DNA of 64,000 nt from Callorhinchus milii. Taxonomy: Eukaryota. The notes under the pieces are model-generated. The model searched no databases. It saw only the letters and a program-made list of their open reading frames with translations, and was not told where the DNA came from. Within the stretch, counting starts at the first letter, position 1. Every line of letters begins with the position of its first letter. This document shows, piece by piece, positions 1-12,010 of this stretch. A program made the translations under genes and the position numbers. The DNA is taken from contig NW_024704743.1 in the NCBI RefSeq assembly GCF_018977255.1, positions 3,908,001 to 3,972,000 on the forward strand. The letters are read 5' to 3'.

Positions 1-640
1 CTATATTGCCAGATCAGTTGTGTTCAGATCCCCCGGCATCAAATTCAAGCTATATAGCGCACTGGTTAGGCAGCACCTTGAGCACTGCATACAGTTCTGG
101 TCTTCATGGCACAAAGCGGGCTGCCTGGGTTTGAGAGGCGGTGCAGAGAAGAACAACCAAGATGATCCACATTGTTTGAGGAATGAACCACGAGCATCGA
201 TTAGACTGTTTGTGGGACGCCGCTGCCTTACCCTGACCATTTCCCCCCTCCTCGCTCCCTCCCTTCCCTCCCCTCACCCTGACCATTTCCCCCCTGCTCG
301 GGTCATGACCCAACTGTGCAGCGCCTTGGGACGTCCTCCTGACGTGAAAGGCGCTTTATAAATGGAATCTTGTTGTTGTTGTTGTTGTTGTTGTGCGCAA
401 TTGGCTGCCGCGTTTCGCCCATAGAATATACAGTTAATTCACTTTACAGTATATTCTGTGAAGCGCTTTGAGACGTCTAGCATTATCAATGATTGGAACA
501 GGTTACCAGGAAACGTGATTGAGGTCAGGGCCCTGGACTCCGTGGAAACGCAACTCGATGCTGTGATGGGAGGATCGGGGAGGTAAGTATTCTGGAGATC
601 AGACGGGCCAAAAGGTCTTCTTCATCAAAACCTCTCTTGT
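1..640 (+). mobile_element. CR1-clade LINE 3' remnant, interrupted by a SINE and an L2 tail
   Basis: Positions 45-100 translate to KLYSALVRQHLEHCIQFWS, which resembles the CR1 ORF2 motif LYxALVRPHLEYCVQFW. Positions 481-640 resemble a CR1 3' end (ttggaacaggttacca...gacgggccaaaaggtcttctt). Confidence 0.75.
229..393 (+). mobile_element. L2-clade LINE 3' end with (TTG)n tail
   Basis: A C-rich 3' UTR is followed by gcgccttgggacgtcctcctgacgtgaaaggcgc...(ttg)n. The same tail recurs at 25.4 and 26.6 kb after L2 ORF2 peptides. Confidence 0.75.
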
Positions 641-1699
641 TATCTTGGGATATCCCTACGCATTCTCCTCTGTTTGTGGGGAAAAAGGCCATATTCAGCC
701 AACTTCTCTGCATATATCTTTTACATGCTCATTTAGCAACATGTTTTTTCATGATAACCCCCATTTTTTCAAGGGGGCTTTAGAGGAATGAAAATAGACG
801 TGCCACTTTGAGCAATGAATTGGACGATTAAAATAATGTGCTGAATAGTACTAATTATCCATTATAAATAACAACTCATCGCTAAGCAGCTGTTGGTTGT
901 ATGATGGTCACAGTGGGCTGAATCTACGTAAAGTGAGGCATTGCTTTGCTCTACAGAGAAAAGGATTCTTCCGAATCCTCGTCTGATGGAGGCAGAGGGT
1001 TGGGAGTAGGTGGGAGAAAGAAGGAGAGATGAGGGAAGTGTAGAATGGGGAAGGAGGGATGAAGGTTGTGGGAAAGAGGGGAGGAGGGATGGGAAGGAGG
1101 GGGCAGGAGAGAATGGACCCACAACCAGACACAAGGGCAGGCATCCATGGCAAAAAGGTAAGTGACTGGGGGTGAAGTCAGAAACGCAAAGACGTGGGAC
1201 TAATTCACTCGGGGAGTTTGGAGGAAGATAAACGATCTTAGAAGAAGTACAAGAGTAAGCATTATTTTACATTATAAATATTAATCCTGTAAGAGATTGA
1301 TTAGCCAAAAATTCCTCAAGAGAATATAAATGTGAAATTTTCAATGAATTTCACCATAAAGTTTCACCTTGACAGTCAGGAGACATATGGAATTGATGGC
1401 TCTACGCTGAGATTTAATTAACATCAGGCCCTCCAGATCAGATTGGATGGGATTCCACCAGTCACTGCTACCCAGACAGTCTTTTTTCTTTTCCCTCGCT
1501 CTATTTTCACATCATATCTCCCCTCCTCTGCTCTGAAGGTGGTGACTCACAGAGGATCTGTAGGCTCAAGACACCCTCCAGCACCTCAGCATCGCTTCCC
1601 CCCAAACCACACTGGATTGTTAACCAACACCGCGAGCCCAAGGTGCAACTTAAACCCATAACCTTCTGCTACCAACTGAGGCCTAGCTGTCAAAATGCA

Positions 1700-1861
1700 A
1701 TGCACTGCAGGTGCTGGATATCTGGTATAAACATAGAAGTCGCTGGGAAGAAAGTCTTTCTGACGAAAAGTGATTGCCCTGAAATGTTAACTAATTTTCC
1801 TTCTCTCCGTGGATGCTGCCTGACCTGCTGCGTGTTCCCAGCGACTTCTATGTTTTATACC
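1700..1861 (+). mobile_element. Penelope-derived short element with inverted arms and a degenerate minimal hammerhead-like core
   Basis: Inverted repeat at 1724-1749 / 1835-1861. Between the arms are CTGACGA (1760-1766) and GAAA (1781-1784) followed by TGTT. Homologous to 18531-18640 and 24375-24481. Confidence 0.65.
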
Positions 1862-1869
1862 TGAGGCGA

Positions 1870-1990
1870 GCAGTCAACTGGCCTGGGAATATGGCATAGG
1901 ACACAAGGGGGTAATAACTGCAATGTTTTCGCTAACGTTGCATAGACCAGGATCGAGCCAGGGAACATTCTGATCATTGTGACCACAATC
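1870..1990 (-). mobile_element. LF-SINE-like 5' fragment
   Basis: The minus strand reads gttccctggctcgatcctggtctatgcaacgttagc, similar to the recalled LF-SINE head (gtcccaggttcgatccctggtctgtgctgagttagc). Confidence 0.4.
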
Positions 1991-2306
1991 GATAAGCCCC
2001 AACCCCTTCAGGACAGATGGCAGAGGAAAAAAATGGGAGGAGCAAGGATCGATGGAAGGAAAATATTGGAATAAAGATCAATACCAACAGTAGCTTAGGT
2101 TTATGTAGCTCCCTTCATGCAGGGTAGAGCCTTGAAGCACTTAAGAGTGGCTGAGTTTGAATCTGAGCCAGGGAGGAAGAGGAGGCAACCCAAGGCACGG
2201 TCAAAGAGGAAAATTTTGAAGACGAGCAAAGAGGGGGAAAGGCGGAGAGATTCAGCAGGGTGTTCCGGGGGTTCAGGGCATGGTCTGGGATAATCAAGAG
2301 GCTTGT

Positions 2307-2633
2307 GGAGTCCTGTAGCTCAGTGGTTAGAGCACTCTCTTTGCAAGCGAGAGACCCGAGTTCAATTCCAGGCAGAGGGCGAAACCTTGGGCAAGTTTCC
2401 TTACTCCACACAGAGCCTAATAATAATCCCTCCAAAACAAAACAATAATAAATTGGTCATTTTCAATCTACAACTGTTTGTGGGACATTGCTGTGCGCAA
2501 TTGGCTGCCGCGTTCGCCCACAAATATACAGTCAATTCACTTTACAGTATATTCTGTAAAGCGCTTTGGGACGTCCTCCCGACGTGAAAAGCGCTATATC
2601 AAATGCAAGGATTATTATTATTATTATATTATT
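2307..2633 (+). mobile_element. Full-length tRNA(Ala)-derived Deu-type SINE, short subfamily
   Basis: Box A TAGCTCAGTGG, box B GAGTTCAATTCC, core tgtttgtgggacattgctgtgcgcaattggctgccgcg, L2-like tail and (TTA)n. Near-identical copies at 18.0, 21.0 and 32.4 kb. Confidence 0.9.
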
Positions 2634-3689
2634 GCTGTGGCTCAACAGCTCTTGAAAGTCAGGCTCAAATTCCAAAGTATTGCTAATTCTTTAAAATAGA
2701 GATATCTTGTCATTTGCTTTGTTTGCGAGTCAAATTCGGAATGACAAATGATTTGCATGGTTGTGTGCCTCACCACACAAAAAAACTCTCTCTGTACAGC
2801 ACCGACTGACACGAACTGTCCTTGCCTGACTGTTCCCCAACTCTTTTTTAATTATGTTTCTTTCTTGATGTCGGACGACTCATCCGTTGATAGCAGGAGA
2901 AAATAGCAGTGCCACACTGAGGAGGAAAGTCATTTACATTTCACAGTATTTAAATAAATCCTGCATATTTTATGTTAAAATTAACATTTAGAAAAAAAGC
3001 TAATCCAAAAATTAAGACGTGAAAAGACTGTTTTAAACTATAATAGGTTCTCGTGGCAGAGTGGCATATTGGGTGCCCTCAGTGCAGCTCTCTTTGCCTG
3101 ACATAAAAGCACATTAAGGCAGATAAGTCTGCAGCATGTCCTTAGCCCAAATGATGTGACACTGCAGCCAGCAGTAATCTCTCTTTGCTGTGCTAATTTT
3201 GCTCCGCGATGGAACGCTGAATCTCATTGAGTACTTCTGAGATAAATAAATCACCGTGATCGCATTGCCCTATTTTCAAAGTACCAGCGTGGCTATTGTT
3301 CCTCTGTCAAATCAACATGCATCATCTGTCCAAACGATGAGGGAACATCTCCCATTGCCAGCACACTAATCGCTGGCTCCCCGTAGACTCTTGACTGACA
3401 ATGATTTGACTGAGTATGTTTGCCGGGAATTCGTTTCCTTTCGTTTAGTTTCATTCCCCTTTCCCCTCCAACCCCCCACCCCCACCGCCCAAGAAAGTGC
3501 CGCCACACGAGAGAAATGGAGGGAGGCCGCCGTTGACTTATCCGTCAGCAGGTTATGTTTCGTTCAAGAACACCCATTGCTGGTATGGATTGAAACGTTT
3601 GCCGACGTTAACAACAAGAACGTCTTATTCAATGCCTGCCTTTCACGAAGGGTAAGGCCTCAAGCCCATCACTGAGACAATACCAGATG

Positions 3690-4030
3690 CCAAGCGGGGA
3701 GGGGGGAAGGTGAAGTAAATGACCGTAGCCACCATTGGAGAGGTAGGATTCAGGAGGTTTTTAAAGACAGATAGAAAGGGGGTGAAATTGAGGCATTTAG
3801 GTGCATAGTGGCCAGCGGGGAAAGGAACGTGCCACAAGCCTGAGTTTGCCGAGTGAGAGATGAGCAGAAGAGTGAGGTGGTGAAGGTCACAGGGGTAGAG
3901 CTTCGGTGGCGCAAGAGATTTGTAGGTGAGGTTGAGGATCTTGAAATCAGTCTGCTGGGAGCCAAGGAGCCAATGGAGCCCGGTAAGGGATGGGAATGAT
4001 GGGCACGCAAAGCAAAAATCATTTTGGACC
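3690..4030 (-). mobile_element. L2 LINE ORF2 C-terminal/3' remnant
   Basis: The minus-frame peptide LHWLLGSQQTDFKILNLTYKSL matches the L2 motif LHWLPVxxRIxFKILLLTYKAL. Confidence 0.8.
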
Positions 4031-4104
4031 CTCCCTCCCGTAGTGTAAACCACAAAGAGGTTTGCATGAAAAAGGTCCTTTGGCTCATTTGACCTCATCA
4101 TTGC

Positions 4105-4243
4105 CGATTAGTTTCACCCACAAAATATACAGTTAATTCACTTTACAGTATATCCTGTGAAGCGCTTTGAGACGTCTCGAAGACGTGATAAGGCTCTATA
4201 TCAAATGCAAGGATTGTTAGTGTTATTATTATTATTATTATTA
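4105..4243 (+). mobile_element. SINE 3' fragment
   Basis: Contains cacaaaatatacagttaattcactttacag...gcgctttgagacgtctcgaagacgtgataagg...(tta)n. Confidence 0.85.
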
Positions 4244-4769
4244 GCAACCCACAATGAACAGTTAAATAAATGCTCTGACACTTGGGAACTGAATGTAAAT
4301 GGCATTAAAATGTGTATTATGTTCAAATGGTTTTCTGTAACAGTCAGCTCCTGTCAAGTCAACACTTGCAAAGTGTTTCAGCTAAGCAAAAATAAATCCT
4401 CAGATCTTTGTACATCTGTACACGTTCCTGCTAATGGAACAATTTAAATTCCTATTGAATAAACTCGGATTTGTTTACCCTGATTCCTCGTTCCTCGTGT
4501 TTCCAGACCAATTTGCACGTCTCTGCCGTCTATATAAGTCTCTATCTATCTCTACTTCTTTATCTATCTTTAAATCCCACCTCAAAACCTACCTGTTCAA
4601 CTGCACCTCTGATCACCTCCCTCTCTTGTTTCTCCCTCGCTAGGCATCCAACTCCACCATCATGAAGTACTGTGGGATGTCCTACATAAAAGGCTTTATG
4701 TAAAAGCAAAATTACCAGACAAATAACCAAGAACAGGGCCAAGAGCCATTGTACAGTGGCTACAGTACT

Positions 4770-5185
4770 CGAGATCACAAGATTGGTTTGGATGAAGAAG
4801 GCCCTTTGGCTCATCTGATCTCAACCCTCCAGAACACCTACTCAATCGTCCTCACACTACAGCATTAAGCTCCTTTGAAATGATCTGTTCTGGCCTCAAT
4901 CACCCTTCCCGCCAACCTGTTCTAGTCATTGATTACTCTCCGAGTAAAGAAAAACTTCCCTGAAATTGCCCTTCACAACTCTAAACCTCCGTCCTCGAGT
5001 TCTGCTGCACTAGTCCATCTGAAAGGACAGTATTATAAAAGTGTTGGTTTTTCAATCAAACTTACAATTTTATGCACCTCTATACAATTCCCTCCGAGCC
5101 GTCTTCTCTCAAGACGCCAGAGCTCTAGCTTGCCTAATCGTTGCTTGTACCTCATTCCTCTCACACCGGGGATCATACTTGCGCA
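4770..5185 (-). mobile_element. CR1 LINE 3' remnant
   Basis: The minus-frame peptide MIPGVRGMRYKQRLGKLELWRLERRRLGGNCIEVHKI is a typical CR1 ORF2 C-terminus. Confidence 0.85.
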
Positions 5186-7379
5186 CTGCGGTGAAATGAG
5201 AAGGACTGAGCCATGCAGATCAGAGAGTTGCAGGTTCAAATCCTTGTGTAAAATGAGCTATATGATCACAGTTCGGCTCTACCATCAGCTCCAATGCCCC
5301 TGTGTTTCGAAGAGAGAAAGCAACCAGGGTTCCTTCTTCCGAGGCCTGACATTTCACAGAGTCTTTAGCCGGCGAAAATATTTTAACCATAAATCTGAGA
5401 TTAGGAATTATGGAAAATTCTTAAATTCTGGATTAATTTGGAAGGTGACTGCCTGCGATTCTTACAAGGGACCAACTTCCAAATTGAGTCTGAATGCAAG
5501 TGTTTTTTTAGAGTTCTGCACAGGTAGGAAATGTTACGATTAAAGTGGTCTCTCAGGTTAAAACTCGGTGGAATTGCAAGCTTCTGATCACTATATAGAA
5601 ACATGTCCCCCACCACCACATACCCCCCCCCACAACCACTGGAAGTAATTCCTCGACAAGAATTTACATTTATATATTGCCCTTCAAGCAGGGTAGCATC
5701 TCAGAGCGCTGTATCAAAGGGCAAGGATTATTATTTTATTATTCGCATTCACCCAATGCATAAGTGATTGTCGATGTTTTATCACCGATGCTACAGTTTG
5801 CAGTTAACAGCCAGAGATTGGTCTGTTAACCTCACACTTGGATGGACATGGTGCTGGGATGTGAATTCGGACTTTCTCCTTTGTAGGTGCAGATTGATAT
5901 ATACAATTTGAGGCCACTTTTTGTGTGCTTTTCAATCGAATTGTAAACTAACAATGAAATACCGCAACTTGACAGAAGAGATTGCAATATGGTTGTGGTT
6001 TTTGTCTCCGTTTGTAGTACAATGTACTGACACGCCAAGCGACGTTCAAGAAAAAAACGCTCATCAGTCACGGAATGCAATAGAAAAACACAAGCAGGAA
6101 AGTCCCAGCACTCATAGGAAAAGAATAAATCCTTTATTTGATTTTAAAAAAAGCATTATAACCCAGAACAGGTGATATACGTGAGCATTGAAAAGTTGTT
6201 CGGTGCTGTGTAAGACTCCTGTCTCAGTTACAATTCTTTGAGTCGGTGAGGTCTCTATTATAAGCTGTTGACATAAACAACTTGCCTGGAGCTTTCTTCA
6301 TTGGCCCCTGTGCTGCTGGAGAAGAACCTATAAGTTCTTCAAAGAACTAGGAGCAGGGAGAAGCCAAATAAAAAGCTCATTTGAGGACGTGGATCCCAAA
6401 ATGCACATTTTTTTTTTACCGACTTCATCAGAAAAAGACTTTGTAGCAAAAGTACGACCCTCAATAATCATTCGTCCTTGTGTCTCTAGTTCTTATTTTC
6501 CCCTCAGCTCCCTGAAATCATTTGGGGTCAGGATGATTGGCAGGTATGATTTGCAGCCTGTGATATTAAACTGATCATCTTCCAGAGATTGGGATCAGGT
6601 TGAAAGCTTGCTGACTTGAATCAGAATGTGTGGCAAATACTCTTTCCTTTCCTCCAACACCCCCACCCCACCCCTTCTCTTCCCCCCCCCCCCCCCCGCA
6701 GCTTGAGGTGTAAAATGTGGTGCGCGTTACAGTCAATGTCATTGGTGGTAATTACCACATCACATGCCACATTTTTGCACTATTAAGAGAACAGACATTG
6801 ACAGTCGTTTGGAACCCCTTGTTTCACGCTGAGCTACTCACGGTGCAGCTGCCACGATTAAACACGTTGAAGAAAGTAGAACAAGCTCCCACTTAGCTCT
6901 TGTCAATTTATCCAGTCAGCAACCAAGCAATCCAGATTGGGGAGGTCGCCAGTTCAAATGGTAAAATAATTATCCTTCCCATCTGATCCAGTGTCTTACG
7001 TCGTCGAGGCATCTCAAAGCGCTTCACAGGCTGTACTGCAAAGCGGTGTGACTGCGTGTGTTCAATGGGTGAGCTGAGTGTGCTGATCACAGCCGGGGCA
7101 ACGGTAATTGGCCTCGGCTCACCCGAGTTAAAGAGTGTAGAAGACATAGTAGCCCATCGGTGGACAACCTTTACATTTTCTTGCTTGAATATTTCTTGAT
7201 TTAATCCCACAAATCGAGAGCTATCCGATCAAGAAGAAACTGAAAATCCACAACCGATCGATCATGGACTTACCTGAGAATGTTCGGAGGGGCGGGAGGG
7301 GGAGGGGAAGGGTGCTTCTCGATGACCCCCATGGGCCACTTCCGGCCCGAGGGCCACAAGGTGGCCGTCGCTGACCGCA

Positions 7380-7560
7380 GCCTATTCCTATTCCTGCTGC
7401 TCACCGTCTTTAGCCATCTTGCTGGAAGGCGTGAGTGTGGAAACGTGAAGAAAACATTGTGCTCGGATGTGATGCACCCAATGGTCACCGCTCAGACAGG
7501 AACACTCGAGAAAAGCACCGAGGACATCCAGAGCCGGTGGAACTCTACCCTGGAGTAGAC
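7380..7560 (+). mobile_element. LF-SINE-like body fragment
   Basis: ttcctgctgctc...gctggaaggcgtgagtgtgg...gctcggatgtgatgcacccaatggtc...ggtggaactctaccc is colinear with the recalled LF-SINE central and 3' region. Confidence 0.5.
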
Positions 7561-7573
7561 GGAAGTCAAGTGC

Positions 7574-7950
7574 GTCAGCCTGGCTCAATTGGTAGCACTC
7601 TTGCCTCGGAGTCAGAAGATTGCAGATTCAAGTCCCCATGTTGGGGCTTTAAATTCATACAGTCCCAGGCTGAAACTCCAGTCGGTGCTCGCTGGGAGTG
7701 TGCTGCCTAACAGATAAAGATCTGAAGTTCCATCTACTTGTTTAGATGAATGGATTTCCTGGTATATTGGCCAACAACCCCTCAGGTAAAATTGGTCATA
7801 CTTTTCATGGCTGTTTGTGGGTGTTCATAGGTGTTTTTTTTCTTACAAAATACATGGTCCCAACATTTAACAGTATATCCCGTGAATCACTTTGAGACGT
7901 CCTTCCAACGTGAAAGGTGCTATATCAAATGAAAGAATTACTATTATTGA
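7574..7950 (+). mobile_element. Older tRNA-derived DeuSINE (SacSINE1-like)
   Basis: Head gtcagcctggctcaattggtagcactcttgcctcggagtcagaag...ttcaagtccc, followed by a Deu-like body and L2-like tail. Many diverged copies occur in the window. Confidence 0.75.
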
Positions 7951-8497
7951 TTAAGTTAATTTAGGAGAGAAGGAGGGGACAATGATCCTGAAAGAAAATA
8001 CTTAAACATTGAACTTTATAACACAGCGAAGAAAGGATCGAATGACGAACTTTATATTTGCCGGATAAAAAAAAAAATCTTAGCCCAAGCAAATCCTGTC
8101 CTGTTCCATTGCTGATCGGGTGTGAAAAATCAAGGAAGCAGGGAATGACTTTCTTTATAATCTTGCACGTTTCACCTTTAAGGGGGCAGACTTATTTATC
8201 TGCTGTCTGCAAGAGCTGAGTAGACATCTATCGGGGTAATATATAAGGATTTCTTGTGAAAGTAGTCTGTCGTTAGCTCCGAAGCATCTTAATAGACGTA
8301 AGTTACCACTTCACAGGCTCCAGACAAATGTTCCGAGCATCACTTACTTAGAGAGACAACAGGCACATTTATTGTTTGTGGGGTGAGTTTTGTAGGCAGG
8401 AGTTATTGGCAGAAGCCTGCCGACACAATTATTGTGTCTGAGTTTGTGTGTCTGAGTTTGTCTCTGGTCAGAAAACTTACCAGCTCCTTATATACAT

Positions 8498-8825
8498 AAT
8501 AATAATAATAATAATAATAATAATCCTTGCATTTGATACGTGAGACGTCTCAAAGCGCTTCACAGAATAGACCGTAAAGTGAATCAACTGCGTATTGTGT
8601 GGACGAAACTCGGCAGCCAATTGCGCACAGCAGTGTCCCATAAACAGTCGTGGATTGAGTGACCAGATTGTTTTTCTTTTGAGGGTTTATTACCCCCGGA
8701 AAGCGATCCACCAATCGACTAACAACCAGGTTCCTACTTACTGCTAGGTAAGCAGAGGTGTGCGGAATAAGAAAACTTGCCTAAAGTTTCGCCCCGCCCG
8801 GGAATCGAACCCGGGTCCTCTCGTT
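8498..8825 (-). mobile_element. tRNA-derived SINE, long subfamily
   Basis: Reverse-complement copy that includes the extra internal module (ctctgcttacctagcagtaagtaggaacc...). Confidence 0.9.
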
Positions 8826-9897
8826 TATACACATCCACAAACAAACACAGAAACACACACGCAAACACACGTACAAAATATATTGCACGGGAGAGAAAAG
8901 GTACTCTACTCTTAGACTTCTTTTTTTTAAAAAAAGCAAAACTTTAAAAAAGTGTTTTTCCCCCAAGGTGCCATATTCCAACCATTTGTCAGATGCAAGG
9001 AACAATTTTTCACTTTAAAATATGATTCTAAGGAAGTTTGACTTTTTTTTTTTTTACGCGCTGTAAATTACAGCGAAAGTTTCTGACTGTCTCGTTGGCA
9101 GCGACTCCTTCCAGAATCAATGCGATAAAACATTACTTCTGCCTATAATGAGAGGGGAAAGCAATGAATCATAACTTTGTTTCGTCGCTTAGATGAGTAC
9201 AAAAGCATTGCTTTGCATTGCAACGGGTTTGCTTGTTCTGCTACACAGCATTAATCAAGCATAACTAATGCCGAGAGGTGGCTGCCGACAAATTCTTAAT
9301 GTCACTGCCCGATGAGCAATGTGGTGGTAGCTTTCAACACAACCCTTCCCTCCCGAGGCTTGCTGTGCATCATGCTCCTGAGCTATCTATTTGCCTAATC
9401 CCCTCTGGTTAATTTAACTGATGGAAAGTTCCCTGGGGACTCAGGTTTGCTCACATTCTTTACAGAGATCAGAGGAAAAATAGAAGTTCCTTCCTGTGTT
9501 ATTCTTGTCCTGTGTGGAGAAGATTTGTACAGGGAGTCCCTGGTGTAAACAGCGCTGAAAAATTGTTCCAAGGATTAAAGCATCTCTAATGATCTAAGCC
9601 AGGGCAGAACATCTTTCAGCAGTCTTTCATACACCAACATGGTTTTACTCAGAGGGCTAAGAACACAGCATCAACCCTTCACAGTCAAAATAAGCCCCAG
9701 AGATGATTTGCTTTTAAATATTAAGTTATAACATATAAGGTGGTTTTTTTTTTCAAACCCTGGTTCAACTCTCTTGCCTGGTCTTTGGGGAGATGTTTAA
9801 ACCTGCTTTTTTCGTGCAAAGCTTTGCTCGTCCCAGTTGCGTTGCTGTTCTTACTTTCAGCTTGACTGAACTCCCATGTGTTTTGGCAGTGAAAAGA

Positions 9898-10400
9898 TTC
9901 AGCCTGGCTCAGTTTGTAGCACTCGCGCCTCTGATTTAGAAAGCTGTGGGCTCACAAACCCACCCCCACCTCCACCAACCCACTCCCCCAACTCCCATCC
10001 CAGTTGTGAATTTGGGACTCATAGTTTCGCCCACAAAATATACAGTCAATTCACGTGACAGTGTGTCCTGTGAAGCGCTTTGAGACGTCTCGAAGACGCG
10101 ATACGGCGCTATATCAAATGCAAGGATTATTATTATTATTATTATTTGCAGTCCTCCCTGGTTTTCAAAGGCTGGGCTAGAGGAATGTTGCACTGCTGGA
10201 GGTGCCGTTCTTCGGAAGAGACACTAAACCGAGATCCTGTCTGCCCGTTCAGGTGGAAGTTGAAGATCCCATGGTGCTGTTCGAAAGGAGAAGGGAGTTT
10301 CTCCTGATATCCTGGCCAACAATCCCCCAAATAAAATTGGTCATTCACTCCATGACTGTTTGTGGGACATTAATGTGTGCAGTATTGGCTGCCACTTTTG
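9898..10400 (+). mobile_element. SacSINE1-like DeuSINE interrupted at ~10025-10146 by a younger SINE 3' part
   Basis: Head at 9898 (tcagcctggctcagtttgtagcactcgc). The body resumes after the (TTA)n tail with gagacactaaaccgagatcctgtctgcccgttcaggtgg. Confidence 0.75.
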
Positions 10401-10682
10401 CCTGCGTTGGATTGTTGTTATCATTGCTCACTTACACAGAGTAAAGTAAGATGTACCTGTAAGTGGAAGTTAATAATGAAACCATTTTCCCACCTGCCTA
10501 TGTCTGTTTGCCTCTCAGGGAATAAAATAGCGCACCAATAGCCAGATACCAATGGGCTGTGTCCAGTCAACTGACTGCAGTAGTTCCATCAGGATCAAAG
10601 CTGGAGTTAGCAACGAGGAGGAACAATTATAATGTCTACTGTATCGTAAAAGTCACAAGTTGGAAATAAAAGTGATAAGACA

Positions 10683-11005
10683 TAATAATAATCCTTGCAT
10701 TTGATACAGCGCCTTATCACTTCTTCGAGACGTCTCAAAGCGCTTCACGGAATACACTGTAAAGGGAATTGACTGTATATTTTGCGGGCAGCTAGTGGCA
10801 CACAGCAGCGTCCCACGAACAGTCGTTGATGGAATTTTTCATTTAAATTTATTGTTTAAGAAAATGTTTTTATTCCCCTACTTGCCGCTAAGTAAACAGA
10901 GCTGGTGTGGAGTAAGGAAACTTACCTAAGGTTTCGCCCTGCCCGGGAATCAAATCCAGGTCCTCTCGCTTGCGAGGCAGGCGACTGATCTAACCACTGA
11001 GCTAC
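10683..11005 (-). mobile_element. tRNA-derived SINE
   Basis: Reverse-complement head, core and tail are all recognisable. Confidence 0.85.
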
Positions 11006-11339
11006 CGAACGAAAAGCAAGTTGGTTGTTGCTGCTGCTTAAGTGTTACAAATTGTACTTGATGAGGAGAAGCCTTTGAGTTCATCACACACGCTGGGCCG
11101 TGGTAGAACACCATTGGTTTCACACAGGCCTCCTTCAATCCTGATGCGGCTTGAAGCGCATTTTCTGCATCATCTCTGCCTCAAGTCTCCAGGGAGGATG
11201 ACTCTGCTTACTTTGAACATCACATCTTGAACAGACAGTTCATCTTGGAAATGGGAGCGCTGTTTAATCTCAGGAGGAACATCAGTTTTGCATTTGGGCA
11301 TTCAACCGGCGAGGCCGTTTCAACGTTTGGAGGGCTTGA

Positions 11340-11340
<1 letters not shown>

Positions 11341-11370
<30 letters not shown>

Positions 11371-11390
11371 CTCTCTCTCGCTCTCTGCGC
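11341..11390. repeat. (CT)n microsatellite
   Basis: Read directly from the sequence. Confidence 0.95.
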
Positions 11391-11504
11391 TTTAAGCTGG
11401 ATTTCAAGCTCGTCTCTGTTCGGGGACTGGGAAGAAAGCTACACCACGCTCATCTTCTCAATCCCTTCCGGTGAGCAAGACTTCTTAATTTCTTGATTTA
11501 AGGC

Positions 11505-11768
11505 AATTCCAGGCAGGGCGAAACCTTGGGCAAGTTTCCTTACTCCACACGCCTAATAATAATCCCTCCAAAACCAAAAACAATAATAAATTGGTCATTT
11601 TCAATCTACGACTGTTTGTGGGACATTGCTGTGCGCAATTGGCTGCCGTGTTCGCCCACAAATATACAGTCAATTCACTTTACAGTGTGTTCTGTGAAGC
11701 GCTTTGGGATGTCCTCCTGACGTGAAAAGCGCTATATCAAATGCAAGGATTATTATTATTATTATTAT
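11505..11768 (+). mobile_element. 5'-truncated SINE, short subfamily
   Basis: Starts within box B (caattccaggcagggcgaaaccttggg) and has a full core and tail. Confidence 0.9.
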
Positions 11769-12010
11769 CTACAATCCTGGCGGTCAATCTTTTCACCTCT
11801 AATCAGCTTTGGGCTTCTGTTCACTGGGACTCCGACCAGGTCATTTATTCTTGGCAGTCTCTCTTTTGTCTGACTGTTGTGTAAAGGTTCAGCGTTACTG
11901 AGCCGTGTAACTTCAGCTGCCTTTACTTATACCGACAGCTCCCTCAAAGTCAAGACCTGGGATTCTCTCAGTAGCTTTCTCATTCTCCCTCTCGCCCTCT
12001 CTTTTTTTCT

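Noticed and set aside
2307..2380. tRNA-Ala-like genes at SINE heads (many copies)
   Set aside because: Each runs directly into a SINE body and tail and has an imperfect acceptor or T stem. These are SINE promoters, not tRNA genes.
4929..5543. Longest ORF in the window (204 aa, +)
   Set aside because: It is antisense to a CR1 remnant and resembles no known protein.
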